The notes under the pieces were generated by a model. It did no database searches, was not told the origin of the DNA, and worked only from the letters and a program-made list of their open reading frames with translations. The translations under genes were made by a program, and so were the position numbers. A stretch of DNA of 64,000 nt, taken from the NCBI GenBank assembly GCA_964489875.1, contig CAZAZW010000003.1:13585-77584 (forward strand), written 5' to 3'. Origin of the DNA: an uncultured Gammaproteobacteria bacterium (GTDB taxonomy: Bacteria > Patescibacteriota > Microgenomatia > Daviesbacterales > UBA10151). Shown piece by piece: positions 29,133 to 38,654 of this stretch; the first letter of the stretch is position 1; the number at the start of each line of letters is the position of its first letter.

Positions 29133-29413
29133 AAGACCTCTTAAACTTTATAGTCACCAATTTAGTCACCAAACCGGAAGCTGTAGTAATTGATGAGCAA
29201 AAGGAAGAGGGAGTAGTCAATCTGAATCTTACAGTTGATCCTAGCGATATGGGACTAATTATTGGTAAAAGCGGGCAAACAATCAGGGCTATTAGAAAAC
29301 TTTTAACAGTTAGGGCAATTGCTGAAAATATCAGAGTCAGCGTTCAACTGACCGAACCCCCTGGAGAGCTTAGAGTCGAAAGTCAAGAACCAAGTGCAGA
29401 ACCTGCTTCTTAA
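29129..29413 (+). CDS. KH-domain RNA-binding protein (YlqC/UPF0109 type)
   Basis: GLIIGKSGQTIRAIRKLL, and a position between rpsP and trmD. Confidence 0.85.
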   Translation: MKDLLNFIVTNLVTKPEAVVIDEQKEEGVVNLNLTVDPSDMGLIIGKSGQTIRAIRKLLTVRAIAENIRVSVQLTEPPGELRVESQEPSAEPAS

Positions 29414-29441
29414 CTGCTAGACTCCCAGCGCCCAGACTCTA
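29366..29441. repeat. GAGTC-type hairpin spanning the KH gene 3' end, its stop codon and the trmD start codon
   Basis: Left arm gagcttagagtcgaaagtcaagaac and right arm ctagactcccagcgcccagactcta. tagagtc and gactcta pair perfectly. Confidence 0.55.
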
Positions 29442-30142
29442 TGAAATTTTCTATCATCACTTTATTTCCAGAAGTCTTTGAACCCATATTCAACTCTTCC
29501 ATACTGAAACGAGCCCAAAAAAAGGGTTTGGTTGAGTTTGAATTAATTAACCTGCGTGATTTTGGCAAAGGAAAACACAAGATAGTTGATGACAGGCCGT
29601 ATGGCGGCGGAGCAGGAATGGTGCTGAAAGCTGATATACTAACTAAAGCACTCAAAAGCATTGCCCCCAAACTACCAACTACCAGCTACCAACTACTTAC
29701 TATCTTAATGTCCGCTTCAGGACAACCCTACAAACAAACAAAGACAAAAGAATTTTCTAAACTAGATCATCTAATCATTGTATGTGGCCACTATGAGGGA
29801 GTAGATCAAAGATTTATTGACAAATATATTGACGGCGAAATCTCCATTGGGGATTATGTATTAACAGGTGGTGAAATCCCGGCCATGGTGATTGTTGATT
29901 CCATTACCAGGTTAATTCCAGGGGTTTTAGAAAAACCTGAGGCCACCGTTAATGAATCTTTTTCCGAAGGACTGCTGGAGTATCCCCAATACACCAGACC
30001 GGAAGAATTTGAAGGGAAAAAGGTCCCGGAAGTTTTATTGTCAGGAAATCACGCCGAAATAAACAAATGGCGCCTGGAAAAATCTCTGGGAAAGACTAAA
30101 AAGGTTAGGCCCGATTTACTAAAATCTACTCGAATGGATTAG
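29441..30142 (+). CDS. trmD: tRNA (guanine37-N1)-methyltransferase
   Basis: 233 aa. IITLFPEVF, DDRPYGGGAGMV, GHYEGVDQR, SIGDYVLTGGE. Confidence 0.92.
   Translation: MKFSIITLFPEVFEPIFNSSILKRAQKKGLVEFELINLRDFGKGKHKIVDDRPYGGGAGMVLKADILTKALKSIAPKLPTTSYQLLTILMSASGQPYKQTKTKEFSKLDHLIIVCGHYEGVDQRFIDKYIDGEISIGDYVLTGGEIPAMVIVDSITRLIPGVLEKPEATVNESFSEGLLEYPQYTRPEEFEGKKVPEVLLSGNHAEINKWRLEKSLGKTKKVRPDLLKSTRMD
29672..29696. repeat. Tandem heptamer CTACCAA/CTACCAG x3.5 inside trmD
   Basis: ctaccaactaccagctaccaactac, encoding LPTTSYQL. Confidence 0.6.
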
Positions 30143-30830
30143 ATTTGCCTCTGGAAGACTCAATTGCTGAAGAGCTTGAAGGAGCATAAATCATTTGTCC
30201 CAACTCTTCAAGTCTCAAAATTAACTCCTTATCTTTTTGACTAAGTTCAGGCAGGGGAGAATCTACTCCACCGAAATCCTTAGGCAACTGCGCATATAAG
30301 GCTTCTACACCTAAAGTTGATTCGAAAAGTTGAGAATTTCCTTTAGATGAAGCATCAATGCTATTTACCCTCACTAATCGGGGCGAACTTTCTAGATTAT
30401 CTAACAGAGTCTGAAAACTAGTTTTGGACCCCCTAATATCCAGTTTAACCTCGAAGTTACTTAAATTGGCTACTTTACTAGCAGCATTACTAAATGAGAT
30501 TGCATCGGCGCTAAATCCCGACTGTATAGTCAGCTGCTGCAATAATCCTAAGACATTTCCAAAATCTTTATCTGTAGGCAAAGTAGTTAGGATTATCCCA
30601 ACCTTGCTGGATAAATCTTCACCGTCGTAACCTTCCAGTGCCATAACTTTAGTTTCCAAAAATTGCGACCTTTTATTAAGATCGCTTAACGCATTCTGAT
30701 TATCAACCAATTTAATAATCTGCGGATAAATTACAAATATGATTAAAAAAAGGCTCGCTAGCGCAACTATTACCGGAAAAATTTGTGCCCTATGGGTTGA
30801 ATAAAATTTAATTAAGTCTTCTTTCTTCAT
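30126..30830 (-). CDS. PilO-like pilus assembly protein
   Basis: 234 aa with one N-terminal TM and a coiled coil. It lies immediately downstream of pilN with a 4-nt overlap. Confidence 0.5.
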   Translation of the reverse strand: MKKEDLIKFYSTHRAQIFPVIVALASLFLIIFVIYPQIIKLVDNQNALSDLNKRSQFLETKVMALEGYDGEDLSSKVGIILTTLPTDKDFGNVLGLLQQLTIQSGFSADAISFSNAASKVANLSNFEVKLDIRGSKTSFQTLLDNLESSPRLVRVNSIDASSKGNSQLFESTLGVEALYAQLPKDFGGVDSPLPELSQKDKELILRLEELGQMIYAPSSSSAIESSRGKSNPFE

Positions 30831-31372
30831 TTAGGTTTGATTGTTAAACTTCCCCTATAGAACCCATCTCTACCTCTATTGAGACTTTCTATTCCAATTA
30901 AACTAATCTTTTCCTCATTACTATCCCTGTTAGTAAAACTTTCTATCAGGTTATCCAGACTAGAAGCGTCCGGTACCAAAACTACCAACGTCACTTCACC
31001 AGTTTTATTTATAGATATGCCGTTTATAATGACATCCGGAGGAATCAATTTATCAATCAATTTATACATCAGAGATTGATTTGACGATACCCCCAAATAC
31101 TTATCAATTACAGTTATTCTATCTTTAAGAAGGATGAGGGCAGCTTGAGTATCTTTTAAGTCAGAAACCTGCTGCTCTGTCTCCGAAATCTTGGCCTGTA
31201 CCTCTGTAATACTGCGACTTTGTAAAATCCGAAGAGCCACAGTTAAAGAGGCTAGAAAAACCATAATCAGAATAACTATAATGCCGGCGAGTTGAATTCT
31301 ATAGAAATTCGCCTTTTTTAATTCCTTGGTTATGATCTCGGTTGGAAGTAAATTGATCGAGATTTTAGCCAT
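30827..31372 (-). CDS. pilN: PilN-like pilus assembly protein
   Basis: MAKISINLLPTEI followed by a TM segment and a coiled coil. Confidence 0.7.
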   Translation of the reverse strand: MAKISINLLPTEIITKELKKANFYRIQLAGIIVILIMVFLASLTVALRILQSRSITEVQAKISETEQQVSDLKDTQAALILLKDRITVIDKYLGVSSNQSLMYKLIDKLIPPDVIINGISINKTGEVTLVVLVPDASSLDNLIESFTNRDSNEEKISLIGIESLNRGRDGFYRGSLTIKPK

Positions 31373-31375
31373 AAT

Positions 31376-32410
31376 TTAATCCTCCCTTAAAGCCAGTCCC
31401 ACTGCAACAGAGTAAGAAGGGGCATCTTGGGCAAGACGTGCAATGGATTCTTTTTCTTTGATAATAGAATACCAAGGATCAGCCTCCTGAACTTCCAGTC
31501 CCAAAATATTTGCTAAATAAATTACAAGTCCCGGCATTTTTGCTCCGCCACCTGAAACAACTATTCTTTTGATAGGGTCAGAATATTTTGTCTGAAAAGC
31601 CTGAATAACCCGTCTAGCCTCACCTGTTATAATATCCACAACCGGCTTCAAAGCCTCAAATACCTTTCCTTCCAATTGATCTTCTGAAAGTCCATAAATC
31701 CTTTTGTATTGCTCTGCTTGAGCGACCTCGAAATTAAAATGTTGTGCTAATGATCTCGTGAGAGCCATACCACCGGTTGAGATTGAACGGGTCAACCATA
31801 TTAATCCTTTAGAAACTGTCGCAAAATCAGTCGTGGTAGCACCGAATTGTATAATTAAGGAACTAGGGGAGAAAGGATTGTTTCCGACTAAAGATCGTGT
31901 TACCGCAATTATCTCTGTTTCTAAAACCTTAGGATGAAGTCCCGCAAGATCCAACACCTTAAGATACTTAGCCACCACATTTTTGGGAGAAGCAATCACC
32001 AAGACTACCGTCTTCGTATTTTTTCCTTTGCTATCAGATCTCACCAAAACCTGCCAATTTAAATTGACCTCGCTTAAGGGCATGGGGATAAACTCTTCTG
32101 CGGCGTAACGGATAGTTGAAGCAAGCTCGTTATCGTTTAAATACGGTAAATCATCGATAATTCTGGTAAAAACTCTTGATTCAGGGAGTGCTACCACTAC
32201 ATCCTTTGTTTCAATCTTAACCGCTGCAAAGAGTTGTTTGATGGTATTTGATAGCGCCTCAAGATCTGAATCATTATCAGATAATATTCCCGGCTGCGGA
32301 GCAGGAATGGAACCTAATGAGACAAGCTTAAATTGATCCTTATCTTTTAGTAGTGCGACCACTTTAACTCCGGAAAAACCTATATCTAAACCAACAGTAA
32401 TCTTTGCCAT
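31376..32410 (-). CDS. pilM: Type IV pilus assembly ATPase-fold protein PilM
   Basis: Actin-like fold with VGLDIGFSGVKVVAL. The track start 32425 is GTG; an ATG lies at 32410. Confidence 0.85.
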   Translation of the reverse strand: MAKITVGLDIGFSGVKVVALLKDKDQFKLVSLGSIPAPQPGILSDNDSDLEALSNTIKQLFAAVKIETKDVVVALPESRVFTRIIDDLPYLNDNELASTIRYAAEEFIPMPLSEVNLNWQVLVRSDSKGKNTKTVVLVIASPKNVVAKYLKVLDLAGLHPKVLETEIIAVTRSLVGNNPFSPSSLIIQFGATTTDFATVSKGLIWLTRSISTGGMALTRSLAQHFNFEVAQAEQYKRIYGLSEDQLEGKVFEALKPVVDIITGEARRVIQAFQTKYSDPIKRIVVSGGGAKMPGLVIYLANILGLEVQEADPWYSIIKEKESIARLAQDAPSYSVAVGLALRED

Positions 32411-32459
32411 AGGCAGTCTAACCACTAAGGCTAGTCATAAATATTGTAAAACAAACTAT

Positions 32460-32568
32460 ACCCTAAATGCTACCCCGATCTCATCGGGGCAAGCTCTGCT
32501 TTAGATCCGAAGGATCACAAGCTCTGCTTATACCCTAAACCCTTAGGCGAAGCCGCAAGCTCCGCTTA
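32460..32568. repeat. Three tandem modules, each a short hairpin followed by CAAGCTCYGCTTW
   Basis: ccccgatctcatcgggg-caagctctgcttt; agatccgaaggatc-a-caagctctgctta; cttaggcgaagccg-caagctccgctta. ACCCTAAA is also duplicated. Confidence 0.7.
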
Positions 32569-34353
32569 TTTAACTTGGTACGTTCCTTTAACTAAAGAAT
32601 AAGACCCTGAGGGACCGGAAGAAAACAAAGTGCTGGATAAACCAGTTTCATAATCAATCACCGAACTATTGATTAACCTTATTCCCCAAGCTGTTAATTC
32701 CTTAAAAGAGTTACCCGTGCCTGGTTGGATAATACCGGTGTTAGCATAGTACACGCCGGTATTACCATTGCTGTTAACCAAGATTGCTGACTCAAGATCT
32801 ACCCGAGAATCATAAGTTGTAAGAGCCATTAGTAAACTGCTACCAACTCCAGTCCCATTTAGGCGATTATAGCTGTTCATTTCAATTTTTCCATCAACTA
32901 TAATTACACCAGAAGCTTGCCCATAGCTCGAGTCAAGGGTCAAAATATTGTTACTGTTTAAAAACAATGAACCGGTAATCCAGATCGGGGTCTTTACGGT
33001 AACCCTGCATCCGCTGTTAAAAGTGACATTACCCACTATTTTTATCGGACCCAAGATATTAACACACTCAGTAATATCACCAACTAATGTTGTTTCTGGT
33101 TTATCAACCTGGCTCTTCCAATCTGCTATATTAGCACTAGATATGGGAAATACTTTAGGCGGCGGATCAGCAGAACCCGGGTAAGAATTACCTGATACTG
33201 TCGAGGTAATTAGAGTTTGATAGTAGGCATCTTTGGCAACAGCTAAATTCTCAATTGTATTAGCATGAACTTCACCCTCAACAGTCATTTTATTGGATCC
33301 TGCCCTGACTGACGTAGGTGCTCCACCCAAATACGTCTTAAAACTTAAATCTCCGTCTGGGTGAAATGAGTTCCAAGTGGGATTTCCGGTTGACCAATTT
33401 GGAGACCATTTAGGTAACCCTCCGAGATAACCTTGGGCCAGATCATTTTGCCATGACCAATAATTACTTGCATCTTGTGAGGTATCAACTACTATCCAGT
33501 AGGTAGTATCCTGGGTTAAGACAGGAGAGGAGTTAAATGTGATATCAGTCCACCCATAAGCCGAAGTTACCAAACTACTATAAAGAGTGCCCGTTGTTAA
33601 AACTTCGTTTTTATCGGGTTTCCCGCTTTCTTCTTGCATAATCCTGACTGTAATGTCAGACGGACTACCGACCTTTTTTACCTTTATGGAAATTTTATTT
33701 AACACTCCGCTGTTGTCTGATTTAAAACTTTGAGCAACATCTAAGCGAGCCTGACCATCAACAGTTCTACCAAAGAAAAAGTCTTGGCAATTGCTATCTA
33801 TACAGTCAGTCTGTTGATCGGCTACAAGTTGCGGGCCACCAGCTACCCAAACATCCCCGGTTACGATGTTGCTGTTCCCGGCTGTAATATTTCCGTTCGA
33901 ATATATTGACCCTTTGACCAAATTAGTGTTACCTAACTCAAGTCCTCCTTCTCCCACTTGTATACCATAATTAAAAGCTATACCAACACCTCTTGAAGCA
34001 GTAACCTTAACTGTCCTTTTGGCCCTAGCGTTAGCCTTGCTTGGTATATACCCTGTTGCTTGAATTACCTTGGTAGCCGCATTTGTAGAGGTAATATTAA
34101 CAGAGTATGATCCGTCTCCAAAAACAGTTTCTGTTTCACCATTATAGCTTCCGGCGGTTTTGTTTAACGATGCTAACGCCTTATCTACTCCTGCCTCAGC
34201 TAAACCTAAGGCTTTTTCGCCATTTGTAGAATATGAGGCATTTTGGAAATAGACTTGCGCTCCACTAATCACAAACAGAACAGTAAAAAGCACTACTCCT
34301 AAAGCAATGAAGACTAAAATCAGCATTTGACCCGATTGATTTAACTTAATCAT
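32566..34353 (-). CDS. Large pilus-associated protein (PilX_N-like hydrophobic N-terminus, beta-helix-like repeats)
   Basis: MIKLNQSGQMLILVFIALGVVLF; GSIYSNGNITAGNSNIVTGDVWVAGG. The start is taken at ATG 34353, giving an 8-nt overlap with the upstream gene. Confidence 0.65.
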   Translation of the reverse strand: MIKLNQSGQMLILVFIALGVVLFTVLFVISGAQVYFQNASYSTNGEKALGLAEAGVDKALASLNKTAGSYNGETETVFGDGSYSVNITSTNAATKVIQATGYIPSKANARAKRTVKVTASRGVGIAFNYGIQVGEGGLELGNTNLVKGSIYSNGNITAGNSNIVTGDVWVAGGPQLVADQQTDCIDSNCQDFFFGRTVDGQARLDVAQSFKSDNSGVLNKISIKVKKVGSPSDITVRIMQEESGKPDKNEVLTTGTLYSSLVTSAYGWTDITFNSSPVLTQDTTYWIVVDTSQDASNYWSWQNDLAQGYLGGLPKWSPNWSTGNPTWNSFHPDGDLSFKTYLGGAPTSVRAGSNKMTVEGEVHANTIENLAVAKDAYYQTLITSTVSGNSYPGSADPPPKVFPISSANIADWKSQVDKPETTLVGDITECVNILGPIKIVGNVTFNSGCRVTVKTPIWITGSLFLNSNNILTLDSSYGQASGVIIVDGKIEMNSYNRLNGTGVGSSLLMALTTYDSRVDLESAILVNSNGNTGVYYANTGIIQPGTGNSFKELTAWGIRLINSSVIDYETGLSSTLFSSGPSGSYSLVKGTYQVK

Positions 34354-34969
34354 TCCGTAAATTTGCTTCCGATGTGCCGGTTTGTACCTCAAAATTTAAG
34401 CCATTTTTCTGCTTTAGAGTTAGGGTAATCCTTACTTTAGCAGCATTCAGAGGAGTAACTTCAACCGGCGGATTAGCAGAATTAAAGTATTGAAAATTCA
34501 CGCTTTCAGCCATATTCGAAAGAATTCGATCCGCCAGCTTTCTTGAGCTTGCAGGATCCGGAAAAATCTTAAAGTGAAGTAGATTTTGATCCAGAAAGAA
34601 AACAAAGTAATCGAAAGTATTATCAATAATATTGCCTGAAGAATCTTCCGATAAAACCTTTAAAACAAGCTGACTGAGACCGCTAACATATGTAGATCCA
34701 CCGCCGGTGTAATTCTCGGCTACTGCGTTTGCCTCCTTAATACTGCTTCTAACTTGTAATAAAACATCATTGATATTTAAACCCTGCTGCACCTTTGAAG
34801 ATTGTTCCGTAAATAGGCCGGCGCTGTTTACCATGATCACAACCAGGAGCACTCCAGCCACCGTCGCTATCCCCATCGCTACTAGGACTTCAATAAGAGT
34901 TAAGCCCTTTCTGCGATTGACAATTTTTTTAATAATTTTCCATTTTCCATTGTCAATTTTCCATTTCAT
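34346..34969 (-). CDS. Prepilin-type (class III signal) minor pilin
   Basis: A 22-aa leader ending in RRKG, followed by LTLIEVLVAMGIA. Confidence 0.75.
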   Translation of the reverse strand: MKWKIDNGKWKIIKKIVNRRKGLTLIEVLVAMGIATVAGVLLVVIMVNSAGLFTEQSSKVQQGLNINDVLLQVRSSIKEANAVAENYTGGGSTYVSGLSQLVLKVLSEDSSGNIIDNTFDYFVFFLDQNLLHFKIFPDPASSRKLADRILSNMAESVNFQYFNSANPPVEVTPLNAAKVRITLTLKQKNGLNFEVQTGTSEANLRND

Positions 34970-35397
34970 TGATTAATCCCTCCTTCACCAATCATAGTTG
35001 TAAAAGAAACTGTTTGCAGCTTTGCATTATCTTGCCAAAGAACTGTTACCGTAACCACCTTAATATTTTCCCCCTGAGTACAGATTGCAGGGTCACAATC
35101 CGTAACTTCCACTGTTCCGCTACCTTGGGGAATCAAATTTAAACGCGTGTCAGAAATAGGAGAATTATCATTTACCAAGTTGCTATAATTTATTGCCCTT
35201 TTGTCCTCAATCTGTTTAACAGCAATCTCTCTTGCCAAACTCTCATGTCTGCTTTTGCCAATCAGCATCAAGGCATTAGGAATGTTTGCAACAAGAAACA
35301 CCACTGATCCGATAATGGCTACAACTAGCAGGGCTTCGATCAATGAAAAACCACTTTGGCTCCTTAATTTTGACTTTTGACATTTTACTTTTGACAT
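34966..35397 (-). CDS. Prepilin-type minor pilin
   Basis: ...SQSG followed by FSLIEALLVVAIIG. Confidence 0.75.
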   Translation of the reverse strand: MSKVKCQKSKLRSQSGFSLIEALLVVAIIGSVVFLVANIPNALMLIGKSRHESLAREIAVKQIEDKRAINYSNLVNDNSPISDTRLNLIPQGSGTVEVTDCDPAICTQGENIKVVTVTVLWQDNAKLQTVSFTTMIGEGGINQ

Positions 35398-35398
35398 T

Positions 35399-36361
35399 TT
35401 ACTTATTTATGTCGCCGGCAGAAAAAATGGCATAGTCAAAATAGGGGGGGACTACGTTCTCAAACTGGCAGACTTGGATCTTTCTTTGTGTCTGGCCGGA
35501 AGTACCTGTGGATACTAATATCTTAGCTTGAGTCGGTATACAACCACTTGTATTATCATTTTCTCTGCAGACGCTTCCGGCGGCAGCTCGTACTGCAAAT
35601 GGTTGACTTTTTGAGCTATACAAAAGCCTGGCACGAAGCAGTATTAAAGTTGAAGGCGAAGAAGGCAAGGATCCTCCCGGATCACTTGAGCTTCCAAGCG
35701 TATACTGACATTGATATTCCGGTAACTCAGGGATGCCGCCATTGCAAAGCACTTTTTCAAAGCCATTATTTGTAGCCCTGGTAGCCGATAGATGGTCAAG
35801 ATACCATTTGCGGCTTCGGTACTTTGGTGTTGATCCATCAACTAAATCCGTAGGATCTGTTCCATAATAAACTATGGTTACTTCTAAAGCAGCCTTGTCA
35901 TTGTTGTCAGAAGAATCTCCCCAATAAACATCAAGACTGGTCTGTTTATAGCAATAATCAGTAGCGCTACACGTTGGCAGATTTAGCTTTGGATCTGCCA
36001 GCCAAATTTGGGCTATATCTTCTTTAGCAAACTCGGATCCGCCGAGAGAGCATTTGATAGGGTCCTGGCGCCGAGGGGTCTCAAACGAAGCAGGAATTGC
36101 CGGTATTGCCTCATTTTTATTTACCTCCGCGCTGGAATTGTTATCCGGAAAAGAGACGGTTATTAAATTGTTATTTCTTGGTTCGCTTAATGCTTTCTCT
36201 ATTCCCGCCTCAGCTGCTGAGAAAGCTCTGGAAGATTGCTCGACTTTTGAAGAGGTTGATATATCAGACAGTGAACGTTGAATAACTGATAAACCAATCG
36301 CCAAAGCCACAGTCATTACTAAAATTAATATTAAAATCACTTGGCCTTTTTGGCTTCTCAT
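35399..36361 (-). CDS. PilX_N-like pilus protein
   Basis: MRSQKGQVILILILVMTVALAIGL, with no Glu at position +5. 320 aa. Confidence 0.6.
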   Translation of the reverse strand: MRSQKGQVILILILVMTVALAIGLSVIQRSLSDISTSSKVEQSSRAFSAAEAGIEKALSEPRNNNLITVSFPDNNSSAEVNKNEAIPAIPASFETPRRQDPIKCSLGGSEFAKEDIAQIWLADPKLNLPTCSATDYCYKQTSLDVYWGDSSDNNDKAALEVTIVYYGTDPTDLVDGSTPKYRSRKWYLDHLSATRATNNGFEKVLCNGGIPELPEYQCQYTLGSSSDPGGSLPSSPSTLILLRARLLYSSKSQPFAVRAAAGSVCRENDNTSGCIPTQAKILVSTGTSGQTQRKIQVCQFENVVPPYFDYAIFSAGDINK

Positions 36362-36395
36362 ATAATTATTATAATCATTATAACCGTTATAATCA

Positions 36396-37010
36396 TTATC
36401 TCAGTTGCACAGTTGTTTGAAACACTACCGGATCAATTTGGCCTCTAATGATATCCGGCGCCCCGATGGGCGGTCCCAGTTGAAATTTAATAGTGACGCT
36501 ATCTTTTGAACCGGGTAGGGGATTCCTGGTGAAAAAATTTGACCCAGGAACGTTTTGAACCGAAACACCGGTTTGAAGATTATCATCAGTAAGATTCTGT
36601 ATGGAATTAGGAGCAGCATATCTTCCCATCGGATCCGTACAGATACCTTCAAGGAATATTGTAATATCACTTTCTTCAGATTGAAGCGGAGAATCTTGTT
36701 GAATCAATCCGTTATTAATTCCCCAAGCAATTATTCTATAACGCGTATAGTTACCATTCTTCACAACCACTAAAGTATCATCTTCGCTTGCAGATCTACC
36801 GGTACAAACAACATTATCCGCCTCTCTGACAGTTTTATCCATATTTTCTAAAACCGCTTGGCCGTTTTGCTTGATATTAGCCAAAATTTGCGATTTATTA
36901 CTGCCCCGCAGGGTATTGGTGAAAATCGCCACCATTATTGTCCCGATAATGGCAGTTATGGCTATCACTACTAACAGCTCAGCTATTGTAAAACCGCTTT
37001 CTGCTTTCAT
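36396..37010 (-). CDS. Prepilin-type minor pilin
   Basis: MKAESG followed by FTIAELLVVIAITAIIG. Confidence 0.8.
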   Translation of the reverse strand: MKAESGFTIAELLVVIAITAIIGTIMVAIFTNTLRGSNKSQILANIKQNGQAVLENMDKTVREADNVVCTGRSASEDDTLVVVKNGNYTRYRIIAWGINNGLIQQDSPLQSEESDITIFLEGICTDPMGRYAAPNSIQNLTDDNLQTGVSVQNVPGSNFFTRNPLPGSKDSVTIKFQLGPPIGAPDIIRGQIDPVVFQTTVQLR

Positions 37011-37603
37011 AACTTTCTAAGGATTGTTACCAGCTTTGATTCACGCGTTCCTGCAAAATCAGTCCACCTCACAATCACTGTAACTGTTTTTTGAACCTGA
37101 TAGGAGGGAACTGTAGTTCCATCAGCAAGTCTGACAGTGGAAGAATTATCCGACAAAATTACCACTCTTTTGAATTGACCAATCGGTTTGGCCCGCGATG
37201 GAATAGAAGAAGCGACACCAAGATACTGCAGACTGCCATAGTTATCGTCAGAGCTATCAATGTTAAAATAACAATAGGTTGGGGAGGGATCGGAATTACC
37301 ACAGTTACCGCTTATTTGATAATCCCACAGAGCTCCGGGACAGGGACTGGCATCTCCATTCCATGAACCAATACAATTTCCGCCTATCTGTAAATTGTCT
37401 GTTATCGCAGAACTTCTGTCTCTTCCTGACCTGACTGTTTCTATCCCTTCTTGAGCCAGCTTTGTGGCTTGAGCTGCTGTTTTGGCATAATTGGCATTTC
37501 TAAGAGAATAAATAGTGGCAAAAGTTAAAGCCGAAACTACCAGAATCCCCACAGTGGCAGCTATTATCACCTCTGCCAAACTTTGACCCCTCTCATCGCC
37601 CAT
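37007..37603 (-). CDS. Prepilin-type minor pilin
   Basis: MGDERG followed by QSLAEVIIAATVG. ATG 37603 is preceded by an AAGGAGG SD; the track start 37624 is TTG. Confidence 0.7.
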   Translation of the reverse strand: MGDERGQSLAEVIIAATVGILVVSALTFATIYSLRNANYAKTAAQATKLAQEGIETVRSGRDRSSAITDNLQIGGNCIGSWNGDASPCPGALWDYQISGNCGNSDPSPTYCYFNIDSSDDNYGSLQYLGVASSIPSRAKPIGQFKRVVILSDNSSTVRLADGTTVPSYQVQKTVTVIVRWTDFAGTRESKLVTILRKL

Positions 37604-38120
37604 AAATTCTACCTCCTTGTTCAATCTTTAAAGATCTTGGATTTGGTATTATGCGGTTTCGTAAAGTAATTATTATACTAGTACAATTTGGCATCTCACG
37701 ATACATATAATTAAGAAATTCTATTTTGCCACTAAGCGGAGCAAAAGCTATTGAAAATATTTGACCGCTGTCGGGGCAATTAAGCGAAGGATCAACCTGC
37801 ATTGTAATATTGGAGCCTAATTTTGAGGATTTTTTGAGCCAGATGTCAGACGAATTTTCCGTACATTGGAGATTAAAAGTTGTGGCATCAACAAATGTAA
37901 CCATCCATCTGGCACCATATCCCGTATCACACTTTACATTAGTGGTAGCATTTGTTTGGGCCTGACGGAGCAAACTTTGGATATCCAAAACAGCACTTTT
38001 TAATTTTTGGTCTTCACCAAAGGATTTATAGTTAGCCAGGGTAAAAACCCCTACTATAGCCATAATGGCCAGCACCACCAGGAGTTCAACCAAGGTAAAT
38101 CCACGGGCAGAAATCTTCAT
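37593..38120 (-). CDS. Prepilin-type pilin (FimT/GspH-like)
   Basis: MKISARG followed by FTLVELLVVLAIMAIVG. Confidence 0.8.
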   Translation of the reverse strand: MKISARGFTLVELLVVLAIMAIVGVFTLANYKSFGEDQKLKSAVLDIQSLLRQAQTNATTNVKCDTGYGARWMVTFVDATTFNLQCTENSSDIWLKKSSKLGSNITMQVDPSLNCPDSGQIFSIAFAPLSGKIEFLNYMYREMPNCTSIIITLRNRIIPNPRSLKIEQGGRIYGR

Positions 38121-38130
38121 CTAATTTGAT

Positions 38131-38158
38131 TGTAACCTGTAAACTGTAACCTGTAAAC
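38131..38158. repeat. Tandem 14-mer TGTAACCTGTAAAC x2 (heptamer-periodic)
   Basis: Exact direct repeat at 38131-38144 and 38145-38158. It resembles the arm of the atpE hairpin. Confidence 0.8.
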
Positions 38159-38162
38159 TGTT

Positions 38163-38654
38163 TTATGGGGGAGTAACTGCAAAATTATAGGTAGTGTTGG
38201 TACAAGTTGCCGGCTTGCTAAGATTAGAATTTTCCAGATTTGTATAAATACAATAACCAGTACACTTTGCTGTTGGTGCAGTTGAATTATCACATCCTTC
38301 AGGGCTTGCCCAATAATAGTACTTCCATGTATCGCTATTAAGTGGATCTTTTGGCAGAGAGTTTATATAAGTTTTGACAGAGGAGGGAGGAGACGGATTT
38401 CCGGTTGAACTGCTAAATGCGGTAGGTGAATCTGCTCTTAAAGCGCTATCTAAACCACTACCTGTAGGATAAAAAAACTGATCTGCAAAGTATTGTTCGA
38501 GCGCCGACTGGATTGTACGCAAATCGGATTGCCTCTTGCTATCCCGTCCCTGTTCCAAAACAACATGGTAAATTACCAGTCCAATCGCCGAAAGCACGGC
38601 AATAATGCTAACTGTTACTAAAAGTTCAATTAGAGTGAAACCGCGATTCTTCAT
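38163..38654 (-). CDS. Type IV pilin
   Basis: MKNRG followed by FTLIELLVTVSIIAVL, then GRDSKRQSDLRTIQSALEQYF. Confidence 0.85.
   Translation of the reverse strand: MKNRGFTLIELLVTVSIIAVLSAIGLVIYHVVLEQGRDSKRQSDLRTIQSALEQYFADQFFYPTGSGLDSALRADSPTAFSSSTGNPSPPSSVKTYINSLPKDPLNSDTWKYYYWASPEGCDNSTAPTAKCTGYCIYTNLENSNLSKPATCTNTTYNFAVTPP

Noticed and set aside
32460-32568. Possible CRISPR array (and likewise the GAGTCAA, CTACCAA and TGTAACC tandem repeats)
   Set aside because: The repeat units are only 7-13 nt long. They are separated by 15-25 nt hairpins and not by ~30-nt unique spacers. There are only 2-4 units and no cas genes in the window.
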